Part shown: piece by piece, positions 10,228 to 18,945 of the stretch | How positions within the stretch are numbered: the stretch's first letter is position 1 | Layout of the letters: every line of letters begins with the position of its first letter | DNA from: Candidatus Omnitrophota bacterium | GTDB lineage: Bacteria; Omnitrophota; Gorgyraeia; Gygaellales; Profunditerraquicolaceae | Reading direction: 5' to 3' | NCBI GenBank assembly: GCA_028717885.1 | Contig: JAQUMX010000006.1 | Coordinates: 206 to 64,205, forward strand | DNA length: 64,000 nucleotides | Program-made: the position numbers and the translations under genes | Notes under the pieces: generated by a model | What the model saw: the letters and a program-made list of their open reading frames with translations, nothing else | Told to the model about the DNA's origin: nothing | The model's database searches: none

Positions 10228-10559
10228 GTAAAATCGAAAAGGCAAGCCTCAACAGTTTTAAATTCGATAAACAAGGATTGATCCCGGCAATTATTCAGGA
10301 TTATAAAACCGGGAAAGTGCTGATGTTGGCTTATATGAATAAAGAATCGCTGCGCCGGACCTTGAAACTAAAGAAAACCTGTTTTTGGTCGCGTTCCCGG
10401 AAAGAATACTGGGTTAAGGGGATGACTTCCGGCCATTTTCAGTTTGTTAAATCAGTGTCCTTCGATTGTGACCAGGACGCTTTATTAATCAAAGTGCGCC
10501 AGGTGGGGGTAGCTTGCCATACCGGAAATCTTACTTGTTTTTACCGCAGGATAAAATAA
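10224..10559 (+). CDS. hisI: Phosphoribosyl-AMP cyclohydrolase (HisI domain only, no HisE)
   Basis: 111 aa; GLIPAI.QD, LMLAYMN.ESL, WSRSR...W.KG.TSG, DCD.DALL, CHTG motifs. Confidence 0.9.
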   Translation: MSKIEKASLNSFKFDKQGLIPAIIQDYKTGKVLMLAYMNKESLRRTLKLKKTCFWSRSRKEYWVKGMTSGHFQFVKSVSFDCDQDALLIKVRQVGVACHTGNLTCFYRRIK

Positions 10560-12046
10560 TGTATTACCCTCCATTAAAAGAATTTTTGAAATTAAGTAAA
10601 CAGGGCAATGTGATCCCCGTCTATAAGGAGATCAATGCCGACCTGGATACGCCGGTTTCTGCGTTCTTAAAGATCGAAAATAGCGAATATGCCTTTCTCC
10701 TGGAATCAGTGGAGGAGCAGGAAAATATCGGCCGTTATTCTTTTTTAGGCAGTAATCCGGCGCTGGTTTTCCGCAGTAAGGGTAAATCTATCCAGATTAT
10801 CCAGCCGCAAAAGAAAAAGATTTCGCGTTTTATTACCAAAACCGATCCTTTAGATGAAATAAAAAAGTTAATGTTTGAATTTAAGCCGGTACCGATCAAA
10901 GGATTGCCCAGGTTTTACGGCGGGTTAGTCGGTTACTTTGCTTATGATATGGTCAGGTTCTTCGAAGAAATACCGGATAAGAATGAAGATGCTTTAAAAC
11001 TTTCCGATGCGGTTTTTCTTTTAACCGATACTATCCTGGTTTTTGACCATATCAACCATACGATTAAAATCGTCACCAATATTATTCTTCCAAAGGATAA
11101 AAACGGGCTTTCACAAGGCTCCAAGACAAAATATTACCATGAAGGCTTGAAAAAAATCGAAGCGATCCAGAAAAAACTGGATACTTGTCTAAGTGAGAAG
11201 AAGCCGCAAAGCGCTAAAACCAAAGAGGTGAAAGTTTCCTCTAATTTTACTAAACAGGAATTCGAGAACATGGTTAAGCGCGCCAAGGTTTTTATTCAAA
11301 AGGGCGACATTATCCAGATGGTCCCTTCTCAGCGTTTTAGCCTGGTTACTCAAAAAAAGCCGTTGGATGTCTACCGGAATTTAAGGAGCTTGAACCCATC
11401 TCCTTACATGTATATTTTAAAATTGAATGATTGCGCAATCGTCGGCTCATCCCCGGAAATGCTGGTGCGTTGCGAAGATGGTGTCGTAGAAACCCGGCCG
11501 ATTGCCGGCACCCGGCCGCGCGGTAAAACACAGCAAGAGGACGAGAAATTGGCGGCAGAGCTTTTACGCGACAAAAAAGAAAGAGCTGAGCATATTATGC
11601 TCGTAGATTTAGGCAGGAATGATTTAGGCAGGGTCTGTAAATCCGGGACAGTAAAGGTGTCTGATTTTATGTCCGTAGAGAAATATTCGCATGTCATGCA
11701 CCTGGTAACGGATGTTTCCGGGCAATTGGATGAAAAATACGATTCCTTTGATGTCTTAAGGGCGTGTTTTCCCGCCGGCACAGTCAGCGGCAGCCCCAAA
11801 ATCCGCGCCATGGAAATCATCGATGAGTTGGAAAATTTACGCCGCGGCCCGTATGCCGGCTGCGTGGGGTATTTTAGTTTTTCCGGGAATATGGATACCT
11901 GCATTACGATCCGGACAGTCGTAATGAAGGATAATGTGGCATATGTCCAGGCCGGAGGGGGGATCGTAGCGGATTCGATTCCGGCAAAGGAATACCAGGA
12001 AACGGTGAATAAAGCCAAGGCTTTAATTGAATCGATTACCAAATAA
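10559..12046 (+). CDS. trpE: Anthranilate synthase component I
   Basis: LLES...GRYSF N-terminal block and chorismate-binding C-terminus (GTRPRG, YAGCVGYF, GGGIVADS); ATG 10559 shares one nt with the hisI stop (track start 10514 rejected). Confidence 0.82.
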   Translation: MYYPPLKEFLKLSKQGNVIPVYKEINADLDTPVSAFLKIENSEYAFLLESVEEQENIGRYSFLGSNPALVFRSKGKSIQIIQPQKKKISRFITKTDPLDEIKKLMFEFKPVPIKGLPRFYGGLVGYFAYDMVRFFEEIPDKNEDALKLSDAVFLLTDTILVFDHINHTIKIVTNIILPKDKNGLSQGSKTKYYHEGLKKIEAIQKKLDTCLSEKKPQSAKTKEVKVSSNFTKQEFENMVKRAKVFIQKGDIIQMVPSQRFSLVTQKKPLDVYRNLRSLNPSPYMYILKLNDCAIVGSSPEMLVRCEDGVVETRPIAGTRPRGKTQQEDEKLAAELLRDKKERAEHIMLVDLGRNDLGRVCKSGTVKVSDFMSVEKYSHVMHLVTDVSGQLDEKYDSFDVLRACFPAGTVSGSPKIRAMEIIDELENLRRGPYAGCVGYFSFSGNMDTCITIRTVVMKDNVAYVQAGGGIVADSIPAKEYQETVNKAKALIESITK

Positions 12047-12102
12047 GACACCCGGCCTTATCTGTTAGGCCGGTGTTCATTCGTATGAAAGGAGCAACAA
12101 AA
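12047..12102 (+). repeat. Family-3 cassette: GC hairpin plus conserved SD leader (copy 1, before rpsP)
   Basis: ACACCCGGCCT (12048-12058) / AGGCCGGTGT (12067-12076) then TCATTCGTATGAAAGGAG; near-identical cassette at 48455-48513. Confidence 0.7.
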
Positions 12103-12339
12103 ATGGCAGTACGTTTAAGGTTACGCAGGATCGGCAAGAACCCTAAAAAAAAGCCGCATTTCCGCATCAGTGTTTTTGAAGAGACACGCGGCAGGGACAG
12201 CTCATTTATCGAAGAGATCGGGTATTATAATCCGGTTAAGGGAGAGGTAAAATTCAAAAAAGAGCGCCTGGAGTATTGGGTGAAAAACGGCGCACAGGTT
12301 TCTCCGACGATAAAGAGCCTGGTGAAAAAAGCTAAATAG
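12103..12339 (+). CDS. rpsP: 30S ribosomal protein S16
   Basis: MAVRLRLRRIG N-terminus behind AAAGGAG; track start 12073 rejected. Confidence 0.93.
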   Translation: MAVRLRLRRIGKNPKKKPHFRISVFEETRGRDSSFIEEIGYYNPVKGEVKFKKERLEYWVKNGAQVSPTIKSLVKKAK

Positions 12340-12368
12340 GTTTAGAAAAAAAATAAAAGGAGTTATAA

Positions 12369-12665
12369 ATGCCTACGACACAAGTAAACCCTTTGATTAA
12401 CCTTTTTCCGTTAATCATTATTTTCGTAGTTTTTTATTTTCTGCTCATCCGTCCGCAAAAGGCAAGGGAAAAAGAGCACCAGAAGATGCTTTCTGCCGTA
12501 GCAAAGAATGACGCAATCGTCACTACCGGCGGCATCCATGGGACAGTGGTGAATGTGAAAGATAAAACCCTAATCTTAAGGGTGGATGATAATGTAAAGA
12601 TCGAGATCGAAAAAAATTGTGTGGCGTATGTAAAAAAGTCTCAAGGCAGCGAACAGGGGGCATAA
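12369..12665 (+). CDS. yajC: Preprotein translocase subunit YajC
   Basis: Single N-terminal TM then IRPQ.K..KEH..ML..(L/V).K.D.(I/V)VT.GG(I/L)HG pattern; directly upstream of secDF. Confidence 0.88.
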   Translation: MPTTQVNPLINLFPLIIIFVVFYFLLIRPQKAREKEHQKMLSAVAKNDAIVTTGGIHGTVVNVKDKTLILRVDDNVKIEIEKNCVAYVKKSQGSEQGA

Positions 12666-12666
12666 A

Positions 12667-14868
12667 ATGGGGAAAAGGCTCGCATATAAGATAATTTTTA
12701 TTCTCGCGTTGATCGGTTTATTTGCTTATTATTCTTTTCCTTTGCAAAAAAAGATTAACCTCGGCCTGGATTTGCAGGGGGGGATGCATTTATTGCTGAA
12801 GGTCGATACTTCCAAGCTATCGGATAAGGCCAAAGCTGACGCCGGCGACCGGGCAGTAGAGGTTATCCGTAACAGGATCGATGCCTTTGGCGTAAGAGAG
12901 CCTTCGATTCAAAAACAGGGGGAAGATGAAGTAGTGGTGCAGTTGCCCGGGATAACTGACCGGCAGCGCGCCCTGGATTTGATCGGTAAAACCGCACTTT
13001 TGGAGTTTAAGCTGGTTGTCGATGACCCTGAAAAATTAAAACTTGGCCTAGCAGGCACTGTTCCCGATGGCTATGAATTACTGCGTTCGGAAGAAGACAG
13101 CGAGCCGTTATTGATTGAGAAAACCGCAGCTTTGACCGGAGACGGCCTGGCAGATGCCTCAGTGCGTTTTGACCAAAGCTCTTTTAATCAGCCGGTAGTT
13201 TCCTTGCGTTTTAATCCGGAAGGCGCAAAAAAATTTGCCGAGATTACCGCTGCTAATGTCGGTAAAAGGCTGGCAATTGTCTTAGACGGAAAAGTGCAAT
13301 CTGCTCCGCGGATTAAGGAAGCTATTCCTTCGGGAGAGGCAGTGATTAGCGGCCGCTTTACCGCCGAACAGGCGCAGGATTTGGCAATTGTTTTACGTGT
13401 AGGCGCCCTTCCGGCACCAATGTATATCGAAGAAGAAAGGACTATCGGTCCTTTATTGGGTCAGGACTCTATCAACAGTGGAGTAAAGGCCAGCCTTATT
13501 GGTGTTGGGTTAGTTTTGGTTTTTATGGCAGTTTATTATCTTTTGGCCGGGTTGGTAGCGGACGTTGCTTTACTTTTAAACCTGCTTTTTGTTTTAGGCG
13601 GCCTTGGGATGCTTCCTTTTATTTTTCCCGGCATTTCTGCTACTTTAACTTTGCCCGGTATTGCCGGTATTGCCTTGTCTTTAGGTATGGCAGTGGATGC
13701 CAATGTCTTAATTAATGAAAGGATCAGGGAAGAAATTGCTACTGGCAAGCCGCTGCGCACTGCAATTGCCAATGGCTATGGCAGGGCTTTTAGCGCAATC
13801 TTTGACTCCAATATTACTACTTTGATCGCCGCGTTTTTACTTTTTCAATTCGGTACTGGCCCGATCAGAGGTTTTGCCGTTACTTTAACTATCGGTTTAC
13901 TGGCCAGCTTATTTACGGCAATTGTGGTGACCCGGACGATCTTCGAATCTCTGTTGAGTTTAGGATGGCTGAAATCATTGCCGATGTTGCATCTTATTAA
14001 GAATCCCAAAATAGATTATATTAGTAAGAGAAGGTTTTTCTATGCTTTGTCCTTGATTATCACTATTGCCGGAGTCGTGAGTTTATTCATGAAAGGCGAG
14101 AAAGCCTATGGTATTGATTTTACCGGAGGCCAGATTCAGGAGTATAGTTTTAAGGCCGCGCCTTCTGTAGATCAGGTCCGTAAGGTGTTGGATGAATTAA
14201 ATCTGGCTGATGCTTCGATCCAGCAGTTTAAAGATAACCCTCGCCTGGTCTTGATCAGGACTAGTGAAGATAAAAATAAACTCTTAACGGAAAAACTCCA
14301 GCAGACATTCCCTGATCAGGATATCCAGGTGATGCGTATTGAACGTGTAGGCCCGATTGCCGGGCAGCATTTAAAGAGTAAAGCAGTTTACGCTTTGGTT
14401 TGGTCTTTGGTGGGAATCCTGATTTATGTGGCATTCAGGTTCAAGCATTTTAATTTTGCAATCGCCGGTGTAATTGCCTTGCTGCATGATGTGTTGGTCG
14501 CTATGGGAGTTTTGGTAATGACCTCAAGGCCGTTGGACCTTTTAAGCGTTACCGCATTCTTAACCATTGCCGGTTTTTCGATCAACGACACGATTGTAAT
14601 CTATGACCGCGTAAGGGAGAACAGCCGCCTTTACAGGAAACTTAGCCTTTATGAATTGATTAATTTAAGCGTTAACCAATGCTTAGGTAGGACTATTCTG
14701 ACTAGCGGCGTTACCTTACTCTGCGTCTTATCGATTTTCTTGTATGGCGGAGAGGTTTTAAGCAATTTTTCTTTTGCATTGCTGGTTGGTTTCCTCTGCG
14801 GCGCGTATTCCACGGTTTTTATCGCTTCGCCGCTGGTGTTGGCGTGGAGCAAGAAGAATACAGTATAG
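12667..14868 (+). CDS. secDF: Fused protein-export membrane protein SecDF
   Basis: 733 aa; SecD periplasmic domain plus 6 TM, then a second periplasmic loop plus 6 TM (SecF half, FSINDTIVIYDR). Confidence 0.92.
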   Translation: MGKRLAYKIIFILALIGLFAYYSFPLQKKINLGLDLQGGMHLLLKVDTSKLSDKAKADAGDRAVEVIRNRIDAFGVREPSIQKQGEDEVVVQLPGITDRQRALDLIGKTALLEFKLVVDDPEKLKLGLAGTVPDGYELLRSEEDSEPLLIEKTAALTGDGLADASVRFDQSSFNQPVVSLRFNPEGAKKFAEITAANVGKRLAIVLDGKVQSAPRIKEAIPSGEAVISGRFTAEQAQDLAIVLRVGALPAPMYIEEERTIGPLLGQDSINSGVKASLIGVGLVLVFMAVYYLLAGLVADVALLLNLLFVLGGLGMLPFIFPGISATLTLPGIAGIALSLGMAVDANVLINERIREEIATGKPLRTAIANGYGRAFSAIFDSNITTLIAAFLLFQFGTGPIRGFAVTLTIGLLASLFTAIVVTRTIFESLLSLGWLKSLPMLHLIKNPKIDYISKRRFFYALSLIITIAGVVSLFMKGEKAYGIDFTGGQIQEYSFKAAPSVDQVRKVLDELNLADASIQQFKDNPRLVLIRTSEDKNKLLTEKLQQTFPDQDIQVMRIERVGPIAGQHLKSKAVYALVWSLVGILIYVAFRFKHFNFAIAGVIALLHDVLVAMGVLVMTSRPLDLLSVTAFLTIAGFSINDTIVIYDRVRENSRLYRKLSLYELINLSVNQCLGRTILTSGVTLLCVLSIFLYGGEVLSNFSFALLVGFLCGAYSTVFIASPLVLAWSKKNTV

Positions 14869-14899
14869 GCTGTGAAAATAAATAAAATAAGGTTTAAGA

Positions 14900-14943
14900 A
14901 AAATATCCTGATGAGGTTTTGCTGATCAGGATATTTTTCTTTG
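14900..14943 (+). terminator. Rho-independent terminator after secDF
   Basis: ATATCCTGAT (14903-14912) / ATCAGGATAT (14925-14934), flanking A-run/T-run, then TTTTTCTTT. Confidence 0.85.
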
Positions 14944-14956
14944 CAGAAAGGGAATT

Positions 14957-16105
14957 ATGGAAGCATTAAGCGCATTATGGACTTTTCCGGCGATTATTCT
15001 GGCTGCAATGCTGATTGCCTGGGCAGCGGAATGCGGGCAGTTTTTCATTTCTCAGGGGCTTGCCTTAGCGGTTTTAGCCTGGATCCAGACCCTTCCGGAA
15101 TTTGCCGTGGAAGCGGTAATTGCTTTGGAAGCGGCAAAAGACCCGTCAAAGGTACATTTGATTACTGCCAATTATACCGGTTCATTACGCCTTTTTGTCG
15201 GGTTAGGCTGGCCAATGGTTTATTTTGTTTCTTTATTTTTTTCCCGTAAGCACCGCCGGCCCGGTAAACCCCATACAATCGAGCTTGAAGACGAGCATGC
15301 AGTAGCAGTGTTATCGCTTTTGCCGGCGTTGCTTTATTTCCTGGTAATTTATTTTAAAGGCACGCTGAATATTTTAGACGGGTTAATATTAGCCGTAATT
15401 TATTTTGCCTATCTTTACCTGGTTTCCCGTACGCCTGCGCATGATGAAGAGGAAATTAGCGACTTAGGCAGGATTCCGAAATTAATCATGAAGCAAAAGA
15501 ACCCGGCGAATATTATCTGGATTATGATTTTCTTTTTGGCCGGTGGGGTGATTTTATATTTTGGCGCGCATCCGTTCCTTAATTCCATGTTGGCAATTGC
15601 CGTGGCAATGGGGATTTCGCAGTTTGTCTTTGTGCAATGGGTTGCCCCGTTTTTAAGCGAGTTTCCGGAAAAGCTCTCGGCATTTTATTGGGCAAAGAAG
15701 GTTACCAAAGCCCCCATGGCGCTCACCAATTTTGTTTCTTCTTCGATCAACCAGTGGACAATCCTGGTAGCGATGATTCCATTTATCTATTCTTTCGGGC
15801 TGGGAAAAATTTCTTTTGTGGCTTTTGACCCCTACCAGAAAAGTGAGATTCTATTAACGATCATTCAGTCTTATTTAGGGTTTCTTTTCTTGGCGAGCAT
15901 GGATTTTGGCCTCTTTGAAGCCGCTGCTTTGTTTATTCTATGGTTGGTTCAGTTCCTGGTGCCTGATGTTAGGCATCCGATTACCTGGGTGTATGGAGCC
16001 TGGGCAACAATTGAAACCGTGCGCTTAGTGCGTAATTTCGATAAGAGGAATGCTTTTACGGTTTTTCTAAAATTAAGCAAGTCAAACTTTAAACAGATAA
16101 AATAA
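14957..16105 (+). CDS. CaCA-like cation/proton exchanger family membrane protein
   Basis: 382-aa polytopic protein with two alpha-repeat-like motifs (QTLPEFAVE; FLSEFPEKL) in its two halves; assignment by pattern only. Confidence 0.5.
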   Translation: MEALSALWTFPAIILAAMLIAWAAECGQFFISQGLALAVLAWIQTLPEFAVEAVIALEAAKDPSKVHLITANYTGSLRLFVGLGWPMVYFVSLFFSRKHRRPGKPHTIELEDEHAVAVLSLLPALLYFLVIYFKGTLNILDGLILAVIYFAYLYLVSRTPAHDEEEISDLGRIPKLIMKQKNPANIIWIMIFFLAGGVILYFGAHPFLNSMLAIAVAMGISQFVFVQWVAPFLSEFPEKLSAFYWAKKVTKAPMALTNFVSSSINQWTILVAMIPFIYSFGLGKISFVAFDPYQKSEILLTIIQSYLGFLFLASMDFGLFEAAALFILWLVQFLVPDVRHPITWVYGAWATIETVRLVRNFDKRNAFTVFLKLSKSNFKQIK

Positions 16106-16107
16106 AG

Positions 16108-18015
16108 ATGTTCAAATCATTAAAAATTTATACGCAGGGTACTCTGGACCTGGGAAATGTGAGCAATGCCCTGATAGATTTAGGGTATAAAAGAGCGGAA
16201 ACCGTCCAGGAAGAAGGGGATTTTGCCCGGCGAGGCAATATCCTCGATATTTTTCCTTTTGCTTTTGAATTGCCTATTCGTATCGAATTGGATAATGACC
16301 GTATCGCAGCTATAAAAACTTTTAACCCCCAATCGGGACAGCCGCTCTGGGATCATAAAATGGCAATTATCCTGCCGGTAAAAAAGGCGCGGCATTTTAA
16401 AGCCGCCACCTTCAGCGAAGAGGTCCCGCTGGATAATTTTCTCGATTTGGATATCGGCGATTATGTGGTGCATAATCAGCACGGTATTGGCAGGTTCCTG
16501 GGCCTGGAGAAGATCAAGGCCGGAGATAATGCTAAGGACCATCTGGTGATTGAGTATGAGCGCCAGGAAAAGCTTTATGTGCCGATTGAGTCTATGCACC
16601 TGGTGCAAAAATATGTTGCCTTTGCCGCGCGCAGGCCAAAACTCTACAGGTTGGGCAGTAAAGAATGGCAGAGGATTAAAGACAGGGTAAGAAAAGGGAT
16701 TCAGAAAATGGCCTGGGAGCTTTTGTCTTTACAGGCAATGCGGCTTTCTGTGCCGGGTTTTAAATTCAGCACAGACACTCAGTGGCAGCAGGAATTCGAA
16801 GCCACATTTACTTATCAGGAAACCCCCGGGCAGGTTAAAGCAATGCAAGAGGTTAAGCTTGATATGGAGTCATCCCGCCCGATGGACCGCTTGCTTTGTG
16901 GAGATGTTGGCTATGGAAAAACCGAGGTAGCTTTACGCGCAGCTTTTAAAGCCGCTACTAATAATAAACAGGTGGCATTTCTTGTGCCGACCACAATCCT
17001 CGCAGAGCAGCACTATGAAAATTTTGCCGGCAGATTAAGCAATTTTCCGGTTAATGTGGCAGCATTATCGCGTTTTAAAAGCAAGGGCGAGCAGCAAAAA
17101 ATTATCCATGGGTTAGCTCAGGGCACGCTTGATATTGTGATCGGTACACACAGGTTATTATCCGATGATGTGGCTTTTAAGGATTTAGGGTTGGTGATTA
17201 TTGATGAAGAGCAGCGTTTTGGCGTGCGGGCAAAAGAGAAATTAAAGGCTTTGCGCTTAACCGCCGATGTTTTGACCCTTACCGCTACTCCCATACCGCG
17301 CACATTATATATGAGCCTGATGGGCGCCAGGGACCTTTCTGTTATCAATACCCCGCCGCAAAATCGGTTGCCTATCGATACGGTTGTGGTAGAATATGAC
17401 GAAGATTTGATCCGGCAGGCAATCCAGCGCGAAGTAGAAAGGAAGGGGCAAGTCTTCTTTTTGCACAACCGCATCGAGGATATCGAGAGGATAAAAGAGA
17501 AGCTTGCGAGGGTCCTTCCTGCCAATATCCGGCTGGCTGTGGCACACGGCCAGATGCACCCTAAGGCCTTGGAAGCAATCATGTATGAATTCCTCAAAGG
17601 GCAGATCGATTGCCTGATTTGTACGATGATTATCGAATCAGGTATCGATATTCCGAATGTAAATACGATTATCGTGAATAATGCCCACCGTTTCGGCCTG
17701 GCTGACCTGCACCAGTTACGCGGCAGGGTAGGCAGGTTTCAGACGCAAAGAAAAGCTTACGCTTATTTTTTAATCCCCAGGCATGAAGTTTTGGATAGCG
17801 ACGCGAAAAAAAGGCTCGCTGCCCTCGAAGAATATACCCAATTGGGTTCCGGATTCAGGATTGCCATGGAAGATTTAGAGATCAGGGGGGCGGGTAATTT
17901 ATTGGGAGAGCAGCAGCATGGTTTTATTACCGCAGTTGGGTTTGACCTTTATTGCCGGCTCTTAAGAGAAGCAATTGCTAATTTTAAACAGGTAGGTGTT
18001 ATCAATGCGAATTAG
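16108..18015 (+). CDS. mfd: Compact transcription-repair coupling factor (Mfd-like, 635 aa)
   Basis: CarD/TRCF block DYVVHNQHGIGRFLG...LYVP; SF2 motifs GDVGYGKTE, IIDEEQRFG, QLRGRVGR; ends shortly after the translocase. Confidence 0.8.
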   Translation: MFKSLKIYTQGTLDLGNVSNALIDLGYKRAETVQEEGDFARRGNILDIFPFAFELPIRIELDNDRIAAIKTFNPQSGQPLWDHKMAIILPVKKARHFKAATFSEEVPLDNFLDLDIGDYVVHNQHGIGRFLGLEKIKAGDNAKDHLVIEYERQEKLYVPIESMHLVQKYVAFAARRPKLYRLGSKEWQRIKDRVRKGIQKMAWELLSLQAMRLSVPGFKFSTDTQWQQEFEATFTYQETPGQVKAMQEVKLDMESSRPMDRLLCGDVGYGKTEVALRAAFKAATNNKQVAFLVPTTILAEQHYENFAGRLSNFPVNVAALSRFKSKGEQQKIIHGLAQGTLDIVIGTHRLLSDDVAFKDLGLVIIDEEQRFGVRAKEKLKALRLTADVLTLTATPIPRTLYMSLMGARDLSVINTPPQNRLPIDTVVVEYDEDLIRQAIQREVERKGQVFFLHNRIEDIERIKEKLARVLPANIRLAVAHGQMHPKALEAIMYEFLKGQIDCLICTMIIESGIDIPNVNTIIVNNAHRFGLADLHQLRGRVGRFQTQRKAYAYFLIPRHEVLDSDAKKRLAALEEYTQLGSGFRIAMEDLEIRGAGNLLGEQQHGFITAVGFDLYCRLLREAIANFKQVGVINAN

Positions 18016-18934
18016 GCTGATAAAAATCATTCTGATTTCAGGTTTTGTTTTAGCTTGCGGCTTACAACTTACGGCTTACGACTTGTTTGCCCAGGATAAG
18101 ATCATCGCCGTGGTGAATAGCGAAGTAATCACTCAAAAGGACCTGAATGACTTTATTAATTTTACGCGCATGCAATTGGCCCAGGAATATAAAGGTAAGG
18201 AGCTTGATAATAAGCTCCAGGAGATGAAGCCTGATCTTTTAAACAGGCTGATTGACGACCGGTTGATCTTACAGGAAGCAAAGAAGAGTAATATCAGGAT
18301 CTCCGATGAACGGGTAAAGCAAAAGGTAATGGAAATCAGGAAGCACTATACAAGCGACCTGGATTTTCAAAAAGACCTGGCAACCCAGGGGTTTGTCCAG
18401 GCAGACATTGAAAGCCGTATCCGCGAACAGCTTTTGACTTATGCGATCATCGATGTGAATGTGCGCAGCAAAATTACGGTTACCCCCAGCGAAGTGACGC
18501 AATATTACCAAAGTCATTTGCAGGAATTTAAGGTCCCGGAACAATGGGAGTTTACTTCCCTCTCTACGGAAGGTGCCATTCAGGCTAAACAAGCAGCAGC
18601 AGAATTAAGAAAAGGGGCAGAGATAGGATCATTGATAGAAAAACACGGGCTTTCCGTGGATAAGATCAAAGCTGCGCGCGGAGGCCAGTTAAAAAAAGAA
18701 CTGGAAGACGTGCTTTTTAAATTGGAAAAAGGCGAAGTTTGCGACCCGATTAAAGTAGGGGGTCAGTATTATGTTTTTAGGTTAGAGGGGATCCTACCTC
18801 CGGAACAAGAGGGCCTGCCGCAGGCCCAGGAAAAGATTACTATCTTGCTCACCAATAATAAATTGCAGGACGCCATGAATAAGTGGTTAAAAGATGTGAA
18901 AGAGCGCTCCTACATCAATATTTGCCAGAGTTAA
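18005..18934 (+). CDS. SurA-like periplasmic chaperone with degenerate parvulin-type region
   Basis: Signal/anchor then IIAVVNSEVITQKDL SurA-N pattern; C-terminal GEV..PIKV.GQYYVFRLEG; conserved surA-pdxA-rsmA order; ATG 18005 preferred over track start 17996. Confidence 0.65.
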   Translation: MRIRLIKIILISGFVLACGLQLTAYDLFAQDKIIAVVNSEVITQKDLNDFINFTRMQLAQEYKGKELDNKLQEMKPDLLNRLIDDRLILQEAKKSNIRISDERVKQKVMEIRKHYTSDLDFQKDLATQGFVQADIESRIREQLLTYAIIDVNVRSKITVTPSEVTQYYQSHLQEFKVPEQWEFTSLSTEGAIQAKQAAAELRKGAEIGSLIEKHGLSVDKIKAARGGQLKKELEDVLFKLEKGEVCDPIKVGGQYYVFRLEGILPPEQEGLPQAQEKITILLTNNKLQDAMNKWLKDVKERSYINICQS

Positions 18935-18945
18935 CCTAAACCACA

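Noticed and set aside
12047-12076. Family-3 hairpins as intrinsic terminators after trpE and rpsM.
   Set aside because: The stable GC stem is not followed by a U-tract (TCATTCGT / GCATTTGT). The downstream part is conserved together with the SD, so a simple terminator call is not supported.
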